Below, piece after piece: positions 28,651 through 39,098 of a stretch of DNA of 64,000 bases (its first letter is position 1; each line of letters opens with the position of its first letter). The DNA is from an uncultured Actinomycetota bacterium (GTDB lineage: Bacteria; Actinomycetota; Actinomycetes; JAHEKZ01): contig CAVQYR010000002.1 in the NCBI GenBank assembly GCA_963718235.1, forward strand, positions 64,001 to 128,000, read 5' to 3'. A program made the translations under genes and the position numbers. The notes under the pieces were generated by a model. The model was not told the origin of the DNA. It worked only from the letters and a program-made list of their open reading frames with translations, and did not search any database.

Positions 28651-29430
28651 TCACCGGATGATGGCCTCCTGCTCGAAGTCGAGCGACTCGAGGATGTCGG
28701 TCAGCGCCATCTCCGACTGCACGTCGGCGTCCTTCGGCGAGATCGTCACGACCAATAGCTCGTCTTCGCCCACGGCGAGGACCGTCCACGAAAAGGTGCG
28801 ATCGGACCGCGCGAACCCGATGGTCTGCGGTCTCCAGTTCGCCGGCGAGTCGCGCAGAGCGACCAACGGCAGCGGGTCGTCTGCGGCGAACCGCCAGGCC
28901 TCACCCGCTCGTGGTGCCAGCTCAGTGGTCGAACCCAGCCACCCATCGGCCTGGACCCCGGTCGGTCGGCTGTTGTCGAGGTACGGATGGCCCAGGATCC
29001 AGGTCAGGAGCGACTCGTCCAAGGTCTCGGCTATGCGGGTCTTGGGGTCGTACACCTGATTCGGGACCCCGACAAAGATGGCGCTACCGACTGGTTTGTC
29101 GGTGCAGACGAAACTGACGAAGCCACCGTCGTGGGTCACCTCGTAGCCCTCGGGGACCTCGAACGTCAGCGGGATGGGCAGGCCGGAGCCGACCCCCGCG
29201 CGGGTGCCTTGCGCGGGTGCCACCGGGTCGCTCGCTCGGGTCGTCGGGAGCCCGCCGGAGACCACCCACAGCAGGAGCAGGACGCCGGCGGTGCACGCGG
29301 CAGCTACCACGAAGCGATGCCGTCGAGGTGGCGGGCGCAGGGCTCGCTCGAACGCCGCTGACGTGTCCGCCTCGGTGACGGACTGACGCAGCACGGCGCC
29401 GGCGCTGCGGCCGAGGGTGTCGATGGACAT
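28651..29430 (-). CDS. Single-pass membrane protein, putative anti-sigma factor
   Basis: Short cytoplasmic N-terminus, basic patch, one TM helix, extracytoplasmic domain; start overlaps the ECF sigma stop. Confidence 0.65.
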   Translation of the reverse strand: MSIDTLGRSAGAVLRQSVTEADTSAAFERALRPPPRRHRFVVAAACTAGVLLLLWVVSGGLPTTRASDPVAPAQGTRAGVGSGLPIPLTFEVPEGYEVTHDGGFVSFVCTDKPVGSAIFVGVPNQVYDPKTRIAETLDESLLTWILGHPYLDNSRPTGVQADGWLGSTTELAPRAGEAWRFAADDPLPLVALRDSPANWRPQTIGFARSDRTFSWTVLAVGEDELLVVTISPKDADVQSEMALTDILESLDFEQEAIIR

Positions 29431-30014
29431 CAGCTGGCCTCCGTTCCTGGGTCAGCCGTGGTGCCCATCCGGGACGCCAACGTCGCACGGGCCGCATGGA
29501 GGTGTGCTTTGACCGTCCCCTGGGCCACCTGAAGGGTGTCGGCCACGTCCTCGACGGACAGGTCGTACCCGTAGTAGAGGGCGACCACCTGGGCCTGCCG
29601 GCGAGGCAGCCGGCGAACCTCGGTCCAGAACGCCTCGGTGTCCTCGTCGACGCAGGCGTCGGTGACCGGGCGCGAGTTCAGTCGGAGCAGCGCTTTGGCC
29701 TCCGCCACCCGTCGCCGCACCTGGGAGACCGCCAGGTTGCAGCAGGCCCGCCGCACGTAGGCACCGGGGTTCTCGATCCGAGAGATGTCGTCCCACTGGC
29801 GGTGCAGCGCCAGCAACGCCTCCTGCGCCAGGTCCTCGGCCGTCTCCCGTGACCCGGTGAGGCCCCAGGCCACGGCGACGAGCCGGGGGTACTCCCGGCG
29901 GTAGACCGTTGCGTACGACTCGACGTCGGGCAGCCGGTCCACGCTGGTCACGAACCCATCGTGGCCAAGCGTCTCCACGAGTGGAACAGCCTTGGCTCTG
30001 CCAGTTTCGGACAC
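29430..30014 (-). CDS. ECF RNA polymerase sigma-70 factor
   Basis: AEDLAQEALL..W (region 2); LPRRQAQVVALYYGYDLSVEDVADTL..GTVKAHL (region 4). Start uncertain (GTG 30014 or 29951). Confidence 0.9.
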   Translation of the reverse strand: MSETGRAKAVPLVETLGHDGFVTSVDRLPDVESYATVYRREYPRLVAVAWGLTGSRETAEDLAQEALLALHRQWDDISRIENPGAYVRRACCNLAVSQVRRRVAEAKALLRLNSRPVTDACVDEDTEAFWTEVRRLPRRQAQVVALYYGYDLSVEDVADTLQVAQGTVKAHLHAARATLASRMGTTADPGTEAS

Positions 30015-30093
30015 ATCTAGGAGTCGAAGGACGAGGGGCCTGAGGTTTAGGTGTGCCAGTGGGCGACGCGAGGGGCCTGAGAGCGCAGCCGGC

Positions 30094-31476
30094 TCAGAAG
30101 CCGAGGGTCCGCCAGAAGGCGGCGACGGACCGGCTGGGGCGTCCGGTCCGGGCCTCGCTGCGGTCACCCAGGGCCATCAGCGCCGTGACCGCGTTAGCAC
30201 CGATCCACCGGGCGGGCTCGGGCTCCCAGCGCCTCGACCGGCGACCCACCCACGGAAGCCCCACCCGCGGTGAGTCGGTCGCGGTGACCAGCTCGGCCAG
30301 GGTGCGTCCCGCGAGGTTCGCCGTCGCGACGCCGTCGCCCACATAGCCGCCGGCCCAGGCGACCCCGGACAGCCGGTCGAACCCGACGGAGGGGTACCAG
30401 TCGCGTGGGATGCCCAGGTTGCCCCCCCAGGCGTGGGTGAAGGCGGCGTCGCGGGCGGCCGGGAACAGCTCACCGAGGATGCGACGCAGCATCGCGTGCA
30501 CACCGTCGTCGTGGTCGAACTCCGGCGCGATCCGCGAGCCGAAGTGGTACGGCGCACCGCGACCACCGAAGGCGATCCGACCGTCGGCGGTCCGCTGTCC
30601 GTAGATCCGCAGGTGTCGCTTGTCGGCGAACGTCTGTCGTTGATCCAGACCGATCGACTTCCACGTGACGTCGTCCAGCGGTTCGGTGGCGACCATGAGC
30701 GAGTACATCGGGACGATGTCGCGGTGGTGTCCGTCGAGGTCCGGGGTGTATCCCTCGGTGGCGATCAGGACGACGTCGGCGCGGACGGTCCCGTGGCTCG
30801 TGGTGACGAGCCCTGGCCCGACGCCGGTGGCCGTGGTTCTCTCACAGATGCGCACCCCGCGGCCCTCGACGACGTCGGCCAGGCCGCGTACGAGCAGCGC
30901 CGGGTGGAGCGCCGCGCACCAGGGCGTGTAGGTGCCTCCGAGCGCGCCTTCGGCACGCACGTGCTCCCCGACCTCGTCCGGGCCGAGCAGGGTCAGGAAC
31001 TCGTCACCGAAACCCCATGCCCGCGCGTGCTCGACCTCTCGCTGGGAGCGGACCCACTGCCCCTGGTTCCGGGCCACCCCGACGTATCCACCCTTGGCGT
31101 AGTGGCAGTCGATGCCCTCGAGGGCGGCCACCCGTCCGATCTCGTCCACGCTGTCGTTCAGTGCGTGCTGAAGTGCGATCGCCTGCTCGCGGGTGCTGTC
31201 CCGGGCAATGCGCTGCCAGGGGGTGGGGAACAACGCCGAGGCCCAGCCGCCGTTGCGTCCGGAGGCGCCGAAGCCGGCGATCTCCTTCTCGACCACGATG
31301 ACCCGGATCGCCGGGTCCAGCTGGGTCAGGTAGTAGGCCGTCCAGAGCCCGGTGTAGCCGGCTCCGACGATGACCACGTCGGCGTCGGTGTCCCCCTGCA
31401 GTGGCGGCCGGGCTGTGAGCGGGCCGAGCACGGTGTCGTGCCACAGGCTCACCGAGCGGTACCTCACGTCGTCCAT
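30094..31476 (-). CDS. FAD-dependent amine oxidoreductase (DadA/PuuB-like)
   Basis: SLW..., IVGAGYTGLWTAYYL, GFGASGRNGGW, GGYVGDGV, WEPEP; start at ATG 31476 inside a longer ORF. Confidence 0.88.
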   Translation of the reverse strand: MDDVRYRSVSLWHDTVLGPLTARPPLQGDTDADVVIVGAGYTGLWTAYYLTQLDPAIRVIVVEKEIAGFGASGRNGGWASALFPTPWQRIARDSTREQAIALQHALNDSVDEIGRVAALEGIDCHYAKGGYVGVARNQGQWVRSQREVEHARAWGFGDEFLTLLGPDEVGEHVRAEGALGGTYTPWCAALHPALLVRGLADVVEGRGVRICERTTATGVGPGLVTTSHGTVRADVVLIATEGYTPDLDGHHRDIVPMYSLMVATEPLDDVTWKSIGLDQRQTFADKRHLRIYGQRTADGRIAFGGRGAPYHFGSRIAPEFDHDDGVHAMLRRILGELFPAARDAAFTHAWGGNLGIPRDWYPSVGFDRLSGVAWAGGYVGDGVATANLAGRTLAELVTATDSPRVGLPWVGRRSRRWEPEPARWIGANAVTALMALGDRSEARTGRPSRSVAAFWRTLGF

Positions 31477-31533
31477 GCTTCGACCGTAGGCGTTGCAGTG
31501 GCCGGCTGCCCGACGGGGTCGGATGATCGGGGG

Positions 31534-32127
31534 ATGGGTCGACTCGACGATGCCGAGCAGGTCAGCGCGGAGACGGTGTCCGACTGGCGCCAGTGGCTGG
31601 CGTCCAACCACCGACGGCCCGACGGTGTCTGGTTGGTGTCTTGGCGCAAGCACACCGGGCGCCCGGCGATGAGCTATGACGAGGCCGTGTGCGAGGCGTT
31701 GTGCGTCGGCTGGGTCGACAGCGTGCCACGCAAGCTGGACGACGACCGGACGATGCTCTACTTCGCTCCGCGCAAGCCGGGCAGCGGCTGGTCGGCACCG
31801 AACAAGGAGCGGGTCGAGCGGCTGGAGCGGGCGGGCCGGATGAAGGCGGCAGGTGCGCGGGTCGTCGCCGCGGCGCGGGTCGACGGGTCGTGGGCGAAGC
31901 TGGACGCCGTCGAGGCGCTCGAGGTGCCGGACGACCTGGGGGCGGCCCTGGACGCGCGACCCCCAGCCCGCGAGCGGTTCGAGGGGTTCCCGCGCTCGAC
32001 CCGCCGGGGGATCCTGGAGTGGATCACCTCCGCGAAGCGACCGGAGACCCGGGCCAAGCGGGTCAACGAGACCGCCGAGCTGGCCCAGCGTGGCGAGCGG
32101 GCCAACCAGTGGCGTCCGGCCCGCTGA
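31534..32127 (+). CDS. YdeI/OmpD-associated family protein
   Basis: WRQWL..NH, YDEAVCEALCVGWVDS, PRKPGSGWS..NK, AKRPETRAKR. Confidence 0.88.
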   Translation: MGRLDDAEQVSAETVSDWRQWLASNHRRPDGVWLVSWRKHTGRPAMSYDEAVCEALCVGWVDSVPRKLDDDRTMLYFAPRKPGSGWSAPNKERVERLERAGRMKAAGARVVAAARVDGSWAKLDAVEALEVPDDLGAALDARPPARERFEGFPRSTRRGILEWITSAKRPETRAKRVNETAELAQRGERANQWRPAR

Positions 32128-32153
32128 GCGGATGGCTCGGCTGGACCGAGGGG

Positions 32154-32501
32154 TCAGCCGGTGATCAGGTAGACCTTGCGCAGGTCCTCGTGGACCGTCC
32201 AGCGGGTTCTGGCGCCTGCGCCGAGGACACCGACGTCGCCGGGTCCGACCTCCAGGGTCGGACCCCCCTCGACCTCGATCGTGGCCCGTCCGGACAACAC
32301 GACGAACACCTCGTCGACCTCGACGTCGGTCGACACGCCGGTCGTGTGCTGCCAGACCCCCACCGCGACCGCGTCGTCGTCGAGGATCTCGTGCACTCCG
32401 ACCTCCGGGGAGCCGGACACGACCTGGTCGGCGTCGAGCGGGTCGTCGTCCAGGGGGATCGTGGCGGCCTGGACCACGTAGTTGCGGGCGGTGTCCGTCA
32501 T
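32154..32501 (-). CDS. Cupin (DUF861-like)
   Basis: GVWQHTTG...EVFVVLSGRATI...GPGD...WTVHEDLRKVY. Confidence 0.85.
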   Translation of the reverse strand: MTDTARNYVVQAATIPLDDDPLDADQVVSGSPEVGVHEILDDDAVAVGVWQHTTGVSTDVEVDEVFVVLSGRATIEVEGGPTLEVGPGDVGVLGAGARTRWTVHEDLRKVYLITG

Positions 32502-32721
32502 GCGGAGCGACCCTACCCAGGGTGAGGGGGGTCCCGCGGAGAAGGAAGCGGACCAGAACCGGAGGGGTGAATGACATCCGTGGGATTTCCGGCCTACGAT
32601 GACCCTGCGGCCCGGGAGGGGAAGCCCGGGCCGCACTCAAGACCACCCGCCGAGGGCCAGGGACCACGAGACACGGCCCGGCGGGCAGCACCAGTCGACG
32701 ACTCGTTGAGGGGTACCCGGG

Positions 32722-33006
32722 ATGGACGCCGTGACCGCGATGACCGCCGCGCCGCACGAGCTGAGCGAGCGCGAGCAGGAGATCCTGGCGTTCGAGCGGC
32801 AGTGGTGGAAGTACGCCGGGGCCAAGGAGCAGGCGATCCGTGACCTGTTCGACATGTCGGCCACCCGCTACTACCAGGTGCTCAACGCCCTGATCGACCG
32901 TCCGGAGTCGCTGGCCTTCGACCCGATGCTGGTCAAGCGGCTGCGCCGCATGCGAGCCGCCCGCCAGCGGGCCCGGTCCGCCCGCCGACTCGGCGTCCAG
33001 GCCTGA
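32722..33006 (+). CDS. DUF3263-family protein
   Basis: LSEREQEILAFERQWWKYAGAKEQAIR..SATRYYQVLNALID..DPMLVKRLRR. Confidence 0.9.
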   Translation: MDAVTAMTAAPHELSEREQEILAFERQWWKYAGAKEQAIRDLFDMSATRYYQVLNALIDRPESLAFDPMLVKRLRRMRAARQRARSARRLGVQA

Positions 33007-33028
33007 CCCGGGGCGTCCCCCGCGCCCC

Positions 33029-33682
33029 ATGACCGACACTCAGCAAGCCCCCGACCCGACGCCGGACGGGAGCCCGCCCGTGCGCGGTTCCCACCGTGGA
33101 CGGCGCAAGCCCTCGACGATCGCGGTGCCGATCCTGCTCGCCGTGGCCCTGGCCGCGCTCGGCTTCATCGTGGTCTGGGTCTGGCTCGGGGCGAACCCCG
33201 GGGCGGACGACCCGGTGGCGCCCGTGGCCGACCCGGCGACGACCTCGGTGTCCCCGTCGGTGTCCCCGTCGGTGTCGCCCTCGGTGTCGCCCTCGCCCAG
33301 CGCGAGCACGTCGCCCAGGGTGACGCCCAGCCCGGAGCCCAGCGAGAAGCCCACCCGCTCGGAGAAGCCCAAGCCGACCAAGACCCAGGAGCCCGAGCCC
33401 GCGCGCGACGTCCCGGTGGTCGTGTTCAACCAGACCTCGGTCGGCGGGCTGGCGGCCCGATTCGCCGCCGAGCTGGAGGCGGCCGGGTGGGACGTCGTCG
33501 GCGTGGACAACTGGGTCGGCACCGTGCCGGCGACCACGGTCTACTACTGGCCCGGCGACGAGTCGGCAGCCCGTGACCTGCGAGCGGACTTCCCCGAGGT
33601 CGGGCGGATCCACCCTGCGGTGTCCAACATGCCGGACAGCACCCTCACCGTCGTGCTGACCACCGACTTCCCGACCGGGTGA
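33029..33682 (+). CDS. Membrane-anchored LytR C-terminal domain protein
   Basis: TM helix, Ser/Pro linker, VVVFNQTSVGGLAA..L...GW..TTVYY. Confidence 0.85.
   Translation: MTDTQQAPDPTPDGSPPVRGSHRGRRKPSTIAVPILLAVALAALGFIVVWVWLGANPGADDPVAPVADPATTSVSPSVSPSVSPSVSPSPSASTSPRVTPSPEPSEKPTRSEKPKPTKTQEPEPARDVPVVVFNQTSVGGLAARFAAELEAAGWDVVGVDNWVGTVPATTVYYWPGDESAARDLRADFPEVGRIHPAVSNMPDSTLTVVLTTDFPTG
33245..33292 (+). repeat. In-frame 12-bp tandem repeat x4 (SVSP linker)
   Basis: TCGGTGTCCCCG x2 followed by TCGGTGTCGCCC x2. Confidence 0.8.
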
Positions 33683-33698
33683 GAGCGACCGGTCTGCG

Positions 33699-34688
33699 CT
33701 AGCGGCTCACCCGGTCGTGGGGGTAGCCGGCGACGGTGACCAGCGGGGGGCGTTCCAGCGCGGTCACCTCGTGGGTGACCGGACGGTAGGGGCCGGCGTC
33801 GGATCCCTCGCGGCTGAACTGGGTGAGCGTGGGGTCCAGCAGGTGGCTGTGGCTGACCCCTGACCGGTGCAGCCTGGTCCAAGCGGTCTGCCAGATCTCC
33901 GCGGCCATCCGACCGAGGGTCTGGTCGTCGTGGTGGCGGTGGTGCCGTGCTCCGAGGTCGACCTGGGCCAGCCGGTCCAAGCCCACGCGGTCGAGTGCGT
34001 CGATGAGCAGCCCGAGCTCCACGCCGTAGCCGGTGGGGAAGGGCAGCTGCTCCAGCAGGGCCCGCCGGGCGGCGTACTCACCGGCCAGCGGCTGGACGAA
34101 GCCGGCCAGCTGGGGCCAGTGCAGGTTGAGCAGGGGCCGGGCGACCAGCTCGGTGACGCGGCCGCCCCCCGCCGGATGGACCCGGGCACCGTCGGCCAGC
34201 GGCCGGTCGTACGTGGCCTTGACCAGGGCCAGACCGGGGTCGCGCAACATCGGCGCGAGCAGTCCGGTGACCGTCGACGACGAGAACTCCAGCAGGTCGG
34301 CGTCGACGAAGACCACGAGGTCACCGGTGGTCGCGGCGACAGCCCGCCACAGCGCCTCGCCCTTGCCGAGGACCGAAGGCAGGTCGGCGAGCACCTCGTC
34401 GACCTGCACGACGCGGGCACCCGCCTGCCGGGCGACGTCCGAGGTGGCGTCGGAGGAGCCGGAGTCGACGACGACCAGCTCGTCGACCAGTGGGTGCGCG
34501 CCGTCCATCAGGTCCAGACGCACGGCCGAGACGATCGCCCCGACGGTCTGCTCCTCGTTGCGTGCGGGCAGGACGACGCTCACCTGGGCAGCCCCCTTCA
34601 GCGTCGCCAGCTCGGCCAGCGCGGACGGCGTCGCGGCGCAGCCGGCGAAGGTCCGCTGCTCGAACCACTGCTGCACCTGCGGCTGCAT
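33699..34688 (-). CDS. gpgS: Glucosyl-3-phosphoglycerate synthase
   Basis: VLPARNEEQTVG, VDSGSSD, GKGEALW, FVDAD, GGRVTELVARPLL, QPLAGEYA, GYGVELGLL, ERPPL. Confidence 0.92.
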   Translation of the reverse strand: MQPQVQQWFEQRTFAGCAATPSALAELATLKGAAQVSVVLPARNEEQTVGAIVSAVRLDLMDGAHPLVDELVVVDSGSSDATSDVARQAGARVVQVDEVLADLPSVLGKGEALWRAVAATTGDLVVFVDADLLEFSSSTVTGLLAPMLRDPGLALVKATYDRPLADGARVHPAGGGRVTELVARPLLNLHWPQLAGFVQPLAGEYAARRALLEQLPFPTGYGVELGLLIDALDRVGLDRLAQVDLGARHHRHHDDQTLGRMAAEIWQTAWTRLHRSGVSHSHLLDPTLTQFSREGSDAGPYRPVTHEVTALERPPLVTVAGYPHDRVSR

Positions 34689-34809
34689 CCCGTCGCCTTC
34701 TCCCGCTCGTCTGTCTCACCATTCGGTCAGCCGTCCCGCTCACCGGACCGGCTGGGCTACCCTGCCTCGACTGTCCCCCACAACCGGACAGGCTCACAAC
34801 TTCATACCG

Positions 34810-34934
34810 CTCATCCAGAGGGGCAGAGGGAACGGCCCGTTGAAGCCCCGGCAACCCCCCGGTACTCCTTGCTCAGCGAGGCCGACCGGGACAGGTGCCA
34901 ACTCCGTCTCGCGCGTTCGCGCGGGAAAGATGAG
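34810..34934 (+). promoter_or_regulatory. SAM-I (S-box) riboswitch
   Basis: CTCATCCAGAG..GAGGGAACGGCCC..GAAGCCCCGGCAACC...GGTGCCAACTCC...AAAGATGAG; P1 is CTCATC/GATGAG and its 3' strand overlaps GAGGAG. Confidence 0.93.
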
Positions 34935-34951
34935 GAGAAAGGCCTCGCCCC

Positions 34952-36265
34952 ATGACTGCATCGCTGGACACCCCTGCCGGTACTCCTGCCTGTACCCCTG
35001 CCGGCCCGAACCCGCCCGTCGACCGCGGCCTCGACTTCGGCCCGGCCACCGCGCTGGCCTGCCGTGAGTGCGGCCGGCGCTACCCGATCGCGGCCACTTA
35101 CGCCTGCGAGGACTGCTTCGGCCCGCTGGAGGTGGCCTACGCCTTCGGCGCACTCACCCATGCCGACATCGAGACCGGTCCGGCGTCGATGTGGAGGTAC
35201 GCGCCGCTGCTGCCGGTGCCGGCCGACGTGGCCACGCGCCGAGGCGTTGCCCCGGGGATGACCCAGCTCGTCCGCGCGGACCGCCTCGCGGCGGCGCTCG
35301 GCATGAAGACCTTGTGGGTGAAGGACGACAGCGGGAACCCCACGCACTCCTTCAAGGACCGGGTCGTCGCCGTCGCCCTGAGCGCGGCGCAGCAGCTCGG
35401 GTTCACCACGGTCGGATGTGCGTCCACGGGCAACCTGGCCAACGCCGTGGCCGCTGCGGCAGCCCGGGCCGGGCTGAGGTCGGTCGTGTTCGTCCCCAGT
35501 GACCTCGAGGCGGGCAAGATCGTCACGACTGCCGTGTACGGCGGCACGCTGGTCGCCGTCGACGGCACCTACGACGACGTCAACCGGCTGTGCTCCGAGG
35601 CGGCCGGCGAGCTCGACTGGGGCTTCGTCAACGTGAACCTGCGCCCGTTCTACGCCGAGGGCTCCAAGACCATGGGCTACGAGGTCGCCGAGCAGCTGGG
35701 CTGGCGGCTGCCGCAGCAGGTCGTCGTTCCGGTGGCATCCGGCTCCCTGCTCACCAAGGTCGACAAGGCGTTCGGCGAGCTGTCCGCGCTGGGTCTGGTC
35801 GACGCCGCGTCATACCGGATGTTCGGCGCGCAGCCCACTGGGTGCTCGCCGGTCTCGCAGGCGTTTGCCAACGAGTGGGACGCCGTCAAGCCGGTGCGCC
35901 CCGCGACCATCGCCAAGTCGCTGGCCATCGGCAACCCCGCCGACGGGCCCTACGCCCTCGACGTGGTCCGCCGCACCGGGGGCGCCATCGCCGACGTGTC
36001 CGACGACGAGATCGTCGAGGGGATCCAGCTGCTCGCGTCGACGGAGGGCATCTTCGCCGAGACGGCCGGAGGCGTCACCGTGGCCACCCTGCGCAAGCTG
36101 CTTGCCGAGGGACGGCTCGACCCCGACGCGGAGACGGTGGTGCTCAACACCGGTGACGGTCTCAAGACGCTGGACGCCGTGGTGCCCGTCGCGCAGCCGT
36201 CGACCACCCTCTCGCCGTCCTACGCCGCGTTTCGTGCTTTCGCCGACGAGAGGGGGCTGTCGTGA
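34952..36265 (+). CDS. thrC: Threonine synthase-family PLP enzyme (possibly O-phosphohomoserine sulfhydrylase)
   Basis: CRECG..CEDC Zn ribbon, NPTHSFKDR (PLP Lys), CASTGNLA, EGSKT, IAKSLAIGNP, NTGDGLK. Confidence 0.88.
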   Translation: MTASLDTPAGTPACTPAGPNPPVDRGLDFGPATALACRECGRRYPIAATYACEDCFGPLEVAYAFGALTHADIETGPASMWRYAPLLPVPADVATRRGVAPGMTQLVRADRLAAALGMKTLWVKDDSGNPTHSFKDRVVAVALSAAQQLGFTTVGCASTGNLANAVAAAAARAGLRSVVFVPSDLEAGKIVTTAVYGGTLVAVDGTYDDVNRLCSEAAGELDWGFVNVNLRPFYAEGSKTMGYEVAEQLGWRLPQQVVVPVASGSLLTKVDKAFGELSALGLVDAASYRMFGAQPTGCSPVSQAFANEWDAVKPVRPATIAKSLAIGNPADGPYALDVVRRTGGAIADVSDDEIVEGIQLLASTEGIFAETAGGVTVATLRKLLAEGRLDPDAETVVLNTGDGLKTLDAVVPVAQPSTTLSPSYAAFRAFADERGLS

Positions 36266-36537
36266 GCGTCCTGGTCCGGATCCCCACGATCCTGCGCACC
36301 TACACCGGCGGCGCCGGCGAGGTGGAGTCGAGCGGGGGCACGCTGGCGGAGGTGCTGGCCACGCTGGACGCCCAGTACCCGGGGATCGCCGGTCGGGTGC
36401 TCGACGAGCAGGGCGCCGTGCGCCGGTTCGTCAACGTCTACGTCGACGACGAGGACGTCCGGTTCGCCGGAGGCGTCGACACCGCGACCCCCGACGGCTC
36501 CACGGTCTCGGTCATCCCGGCGGTCGCCGGGGGTTGA
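36262..36537 (+). CDS. MoaD/ThiS-family sulfur carrier protein
   Basis: VRIPTILR...FVNVYV..EDVRF...IPAVAGG with C-terminal GG; overlaps the thrC stop. Confidence 0.93.
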   Translation: MSVLVRIPTILRTYTGGAGEVESSGGTLAEVLATLDAQYPGIAGRVLDEQGAVRRFVNVYVDDEDVRFAGGVDTATPDGSTVSVIPAVAGG

Positions 36538-36691
36538 GCCGCGGGGGCTCAACCCGAACGGGCCGATTTCGGCGTGGCGGGTCAAGGTCCGGGCCGTTCC
36601 GGCCGAAGGGGGACTAGGCTTTCGTCCGGCTCGGGTCGCCCCGGGTCGGAGAGAGCGCGACCAGTGCGCGCCCCTGCTGGGAGAGGACGTC

Positions 36692-36892
36692 ATGGCTCAA
36701 GGCACCGTCAAGTGGTTCAACGCCGAAAAGGGCTACGGCTTCATCGCGGTCGACGACGGTCCCGACGTCTACGTGCACTACAGCCAGATCGTGATGGACG
36801 GCTTCCGCAGCCTGGCCGACGGGCAGCGGGTCGAGTTCGAGATCTCGCAGGGCCAGAAGGGTCCGCAGGCCGACTCGGTCAAGCCGCTCTGA
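36692..36892 (+). CDS. cspA: Cold-shock protein
   Basis: [29 protein letters not shown]. Confidence 0.93.
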   Translation: MAQGTVKWFNAEKGYGFIAVDDGPDVYVHYSQIVMDGFRSLADGQRVEFEISQGQKGPQADSVKPL

Positions 36893-36949
36893 CCCCTCTC
36901 GTGGTCGGTTCGCCGCGCTGAGAGCGGTTCCGTGACCACCAGTGGCCGG

Positions 36950-37249
36950 TCAGCGGTCGTCAGGGTTCTCCGGCAGCTCATCGAGGTCGACGAGGTCCTC
37001 GTCGGCCAGCTCGGACTCGGTCACCACGTGCACGGCCGACTCCTCCGCGGACTTCCACGAGGTGTCCCCGACGGCGACGTGCGCGGTGAGCTCGGAGGTG
37101 GTGTCGCTGCGGACCCCTTCGTCGTCGTCGACCAGGCGCCCGTCGTGCGGGACCGGGTCGCGAGGGCCGTACGCCTCGTCGTAGTTCTCGTCGTCCTCGG
37201 CGGCGACCGGACCTGCATCAGGGTCGATGTACCAGCTGTTCTCACTCAT
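36950..37249 (-). CDS. Small acidic protein (DUF5709-like)
   Basis: GRLVDDDEG...SAEESAVHVV; ATG 37249 preceded by GGAAGGA. Confidence 0.7.
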   Translation of the reverse strand: MSENSWYIDPDAGPVAAEDDENYDEAYGPRDPVPHDGRLVDDDEGVRSDTTSELTAHVAVGDTSWKSAEESAVHVVTESELADEDLVDLDELPENPDDR

Positions 37250-37394
37250 GGCAGGTCCTTCCACGTGGTCCTCCCTCCATCCTGCCGCGCGCCGAGATCG
37301 AGCGCGATGTCTCCCGTCCCCTCGTTGAGGGACCTCCGACTCTGACCCGGACCCCCCCTGCGGCTTCGACCATGGAGAGACCACAGGAGGTGCC

Positions 37395-39098
37395 ATGACT
37401 TGGACGGATGCGCGCAGCGCGCTGCAGGGACTCCCGGCCGGGGGGCTGAACATCGCCCACGAGTCGGTCGACCGCCATGCGAGCGGTTCCGAGCGGGACG
37501 TCGTGGCGCTGCGCTTCCTGTCCGGCGTCGGCGTCGACCGGGAGCTGACCTACGCGCAGCTCGCCGAGGAGTCCAGCCGGTTCGCCCACGTGCTGCACGG
37601 GCTCGGCGTCGGGGCGGGCGAGCGGGTGTTCGGGCTGATGGGTCGCCGTCCGGCCCTCTACGCCGCGGTCCTCGGCACGCTGAAGAACCGCAGCGTCTTC
37701 TGCCCACTGTTCTCCGCCTTCGGCCCGGAGCCGGTGCGCCAGCGGATGCAGCTCGGCGACGCGGTGGTGCTGGTGACCACGCCGCAGCTGTACCGCAAGA
37801 AGGTGGCGCCGATCCGCGCTGATCTGCCCTCCCTGCGGCACGTGCTCCTCGTGGGTGAGGGCCAGGAGCGGGTGCAGGACGACACGGCACTCGACCTCGA
37901 GGTGGCGATGACCGCAGCGTCGGGTGAGTTCGTGATCGAGGCGACCGACCCGGAGGACATGGCTCTGCTGCACTTCACCAGCGGAACCACCGGAAAGCCC
38001 AAGGGAGCCGTCCACGTGCACGATGCAGTGGTCGCCCACCAGGCGACCGCCCGGGTGGTGCTGGACCTGCGGGCCGGAGACGTGTTCTGGTGCACGGCCG
38101 ACCCAGGCTGGGTCACGGGGACGTCGTACGGGATCGTCGCGCCGCTTGCGTGCGGGGTGACCAGCGTGGTCGACGAGCTGGAGTTCGACGTCGACCGCTG
38201 GTACTCGATCCTGCAGGACCAGCACGTCACCGTCTGGTACACCGCGCCCACGGCCCTGCGCATGCTGATGAAGGCGGGCACCGACCGCGCGCGGGCCTAC
38301 GACCTGTCGGCGCTGAGGCACGTCGCCAGCGTCGGCGAGCCGCTCAACCCCGAGATCGTGCTGTGGGGGCGGGAGGCGTTCGACCGCACGATCCACGACA
38401 CGTGGTGGCAGACCGAGACCGGCGCGATCATGGTCGCCAACTACGGCACCGAGTCGGTGCGCCCCGGGTCGATGGGACGCCCGGTCCCCGACATCGAGGC
38501 GGGGTTGCTGGTGCGGGACAGCCACGGGGAGGCGGTCGTCGGCCCGGACGGCGAGCCGGAGCTGGTCACCGAGCCCGACGTCGAGGGCGAGCTCGCCCTG
38601 CGCACCCCGTGGCCCTCGATGATGCGGGGCTATCTGCACGAGCCGGAGCGCTACGCCTCGGCCTTCGTCGGTTCGTGGTACCGGTCCGGTGACCTCGCGC
38701 GATGCGACGCCGATGGTCGGTTCTGGTTCGTCGGACGCGGTGACGACGTCATCAAGTCCGCCGGGCACCTGATCGGGCCGTTCGAGGTCGAGAGCGCGCT
38801 CATGGAACACCCCGCAGTGGCCGAGGCTGGGGTGATCGGCGTCCCCGACCCGGTGGTCGGCGAGGTCGTCAAGGCGTTCGTCGCCCTCAAGACCGGCCAT
38901 GAGCCCACCGATGAGCTGAGGCTGCAGCTCGTCGGGTTCGCCCGCAAGCGGCTCGGAGCGGCGGTCGCCCCCCGCACGATCGAGTTCGCCCAGGACCTCC
39001 CCAAGACCCGCAGCGGCAAGATCATGCGGCGCCTGCTCAAGGCCCGCGAGCTCGGCCTGCCCGAGGGCGACCTGTCGACCCTGGAGGGAGCGACGTGA
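37395..39098 (+). CDS. acsA: Acetate--CoA ligase-like adenylation enzyme
   Basis: [51 protein letters not shown]; AGGAGG RBS. Confidence 0.9.
   Translation: MTWTDARSALQGLPAGGLNIAHESVDRHASGSERDVVALRFLSGVGVDRELTYAQLAEESSRFAHVLHGLGVGAGERVFGLMGRRPALYAAVLGTLKNRSVFCPLFSAFGPEPVRQRMQLGDAVVLVTTPQLYRKKVAPIRADLPSLRHVLLVGEGQERVQDDTALDLEVAMTAASGEFVIEATDPEDMALLHFTSGTTGKPKGAVHVHDAVVAHQATARVVLDLRAGDVFWCTADPGWVTGTSYGIVAPLACGVTSVVDELEFDVDRWYSILQDQHVTVWYTAPTALRMLMKAGTDRARAYDLSALRHVASVGEPLNPEIVLWGREAFDRTIHDTWWQTETGAIMVANYGTESVRPGSMGRPVPDIEAGLLVRDSHGEAVVGPDGEPELVTEPDVEGELALRTPWPSMMRGYLHEPERYASAFVGSWYRSGDLARCDADGRFWFVGRGDDVIKSAGHLIGPFEVESALMEHPAVAEAGVIGVPDPVVGEVVKAFVALKTGHEPTDELRLQLVGFARKRLGAAVAPRTIEFAQDLPKTRSGKIMRRLLKARELGLPEGDLSTLEGAT

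Noticed and set aside
30094-33039. 981-aa ORF as a single fusion protein
   Set aside because: Only the last 460 aa are oxidoreductase; the upstream part overlaps three other supported genes.
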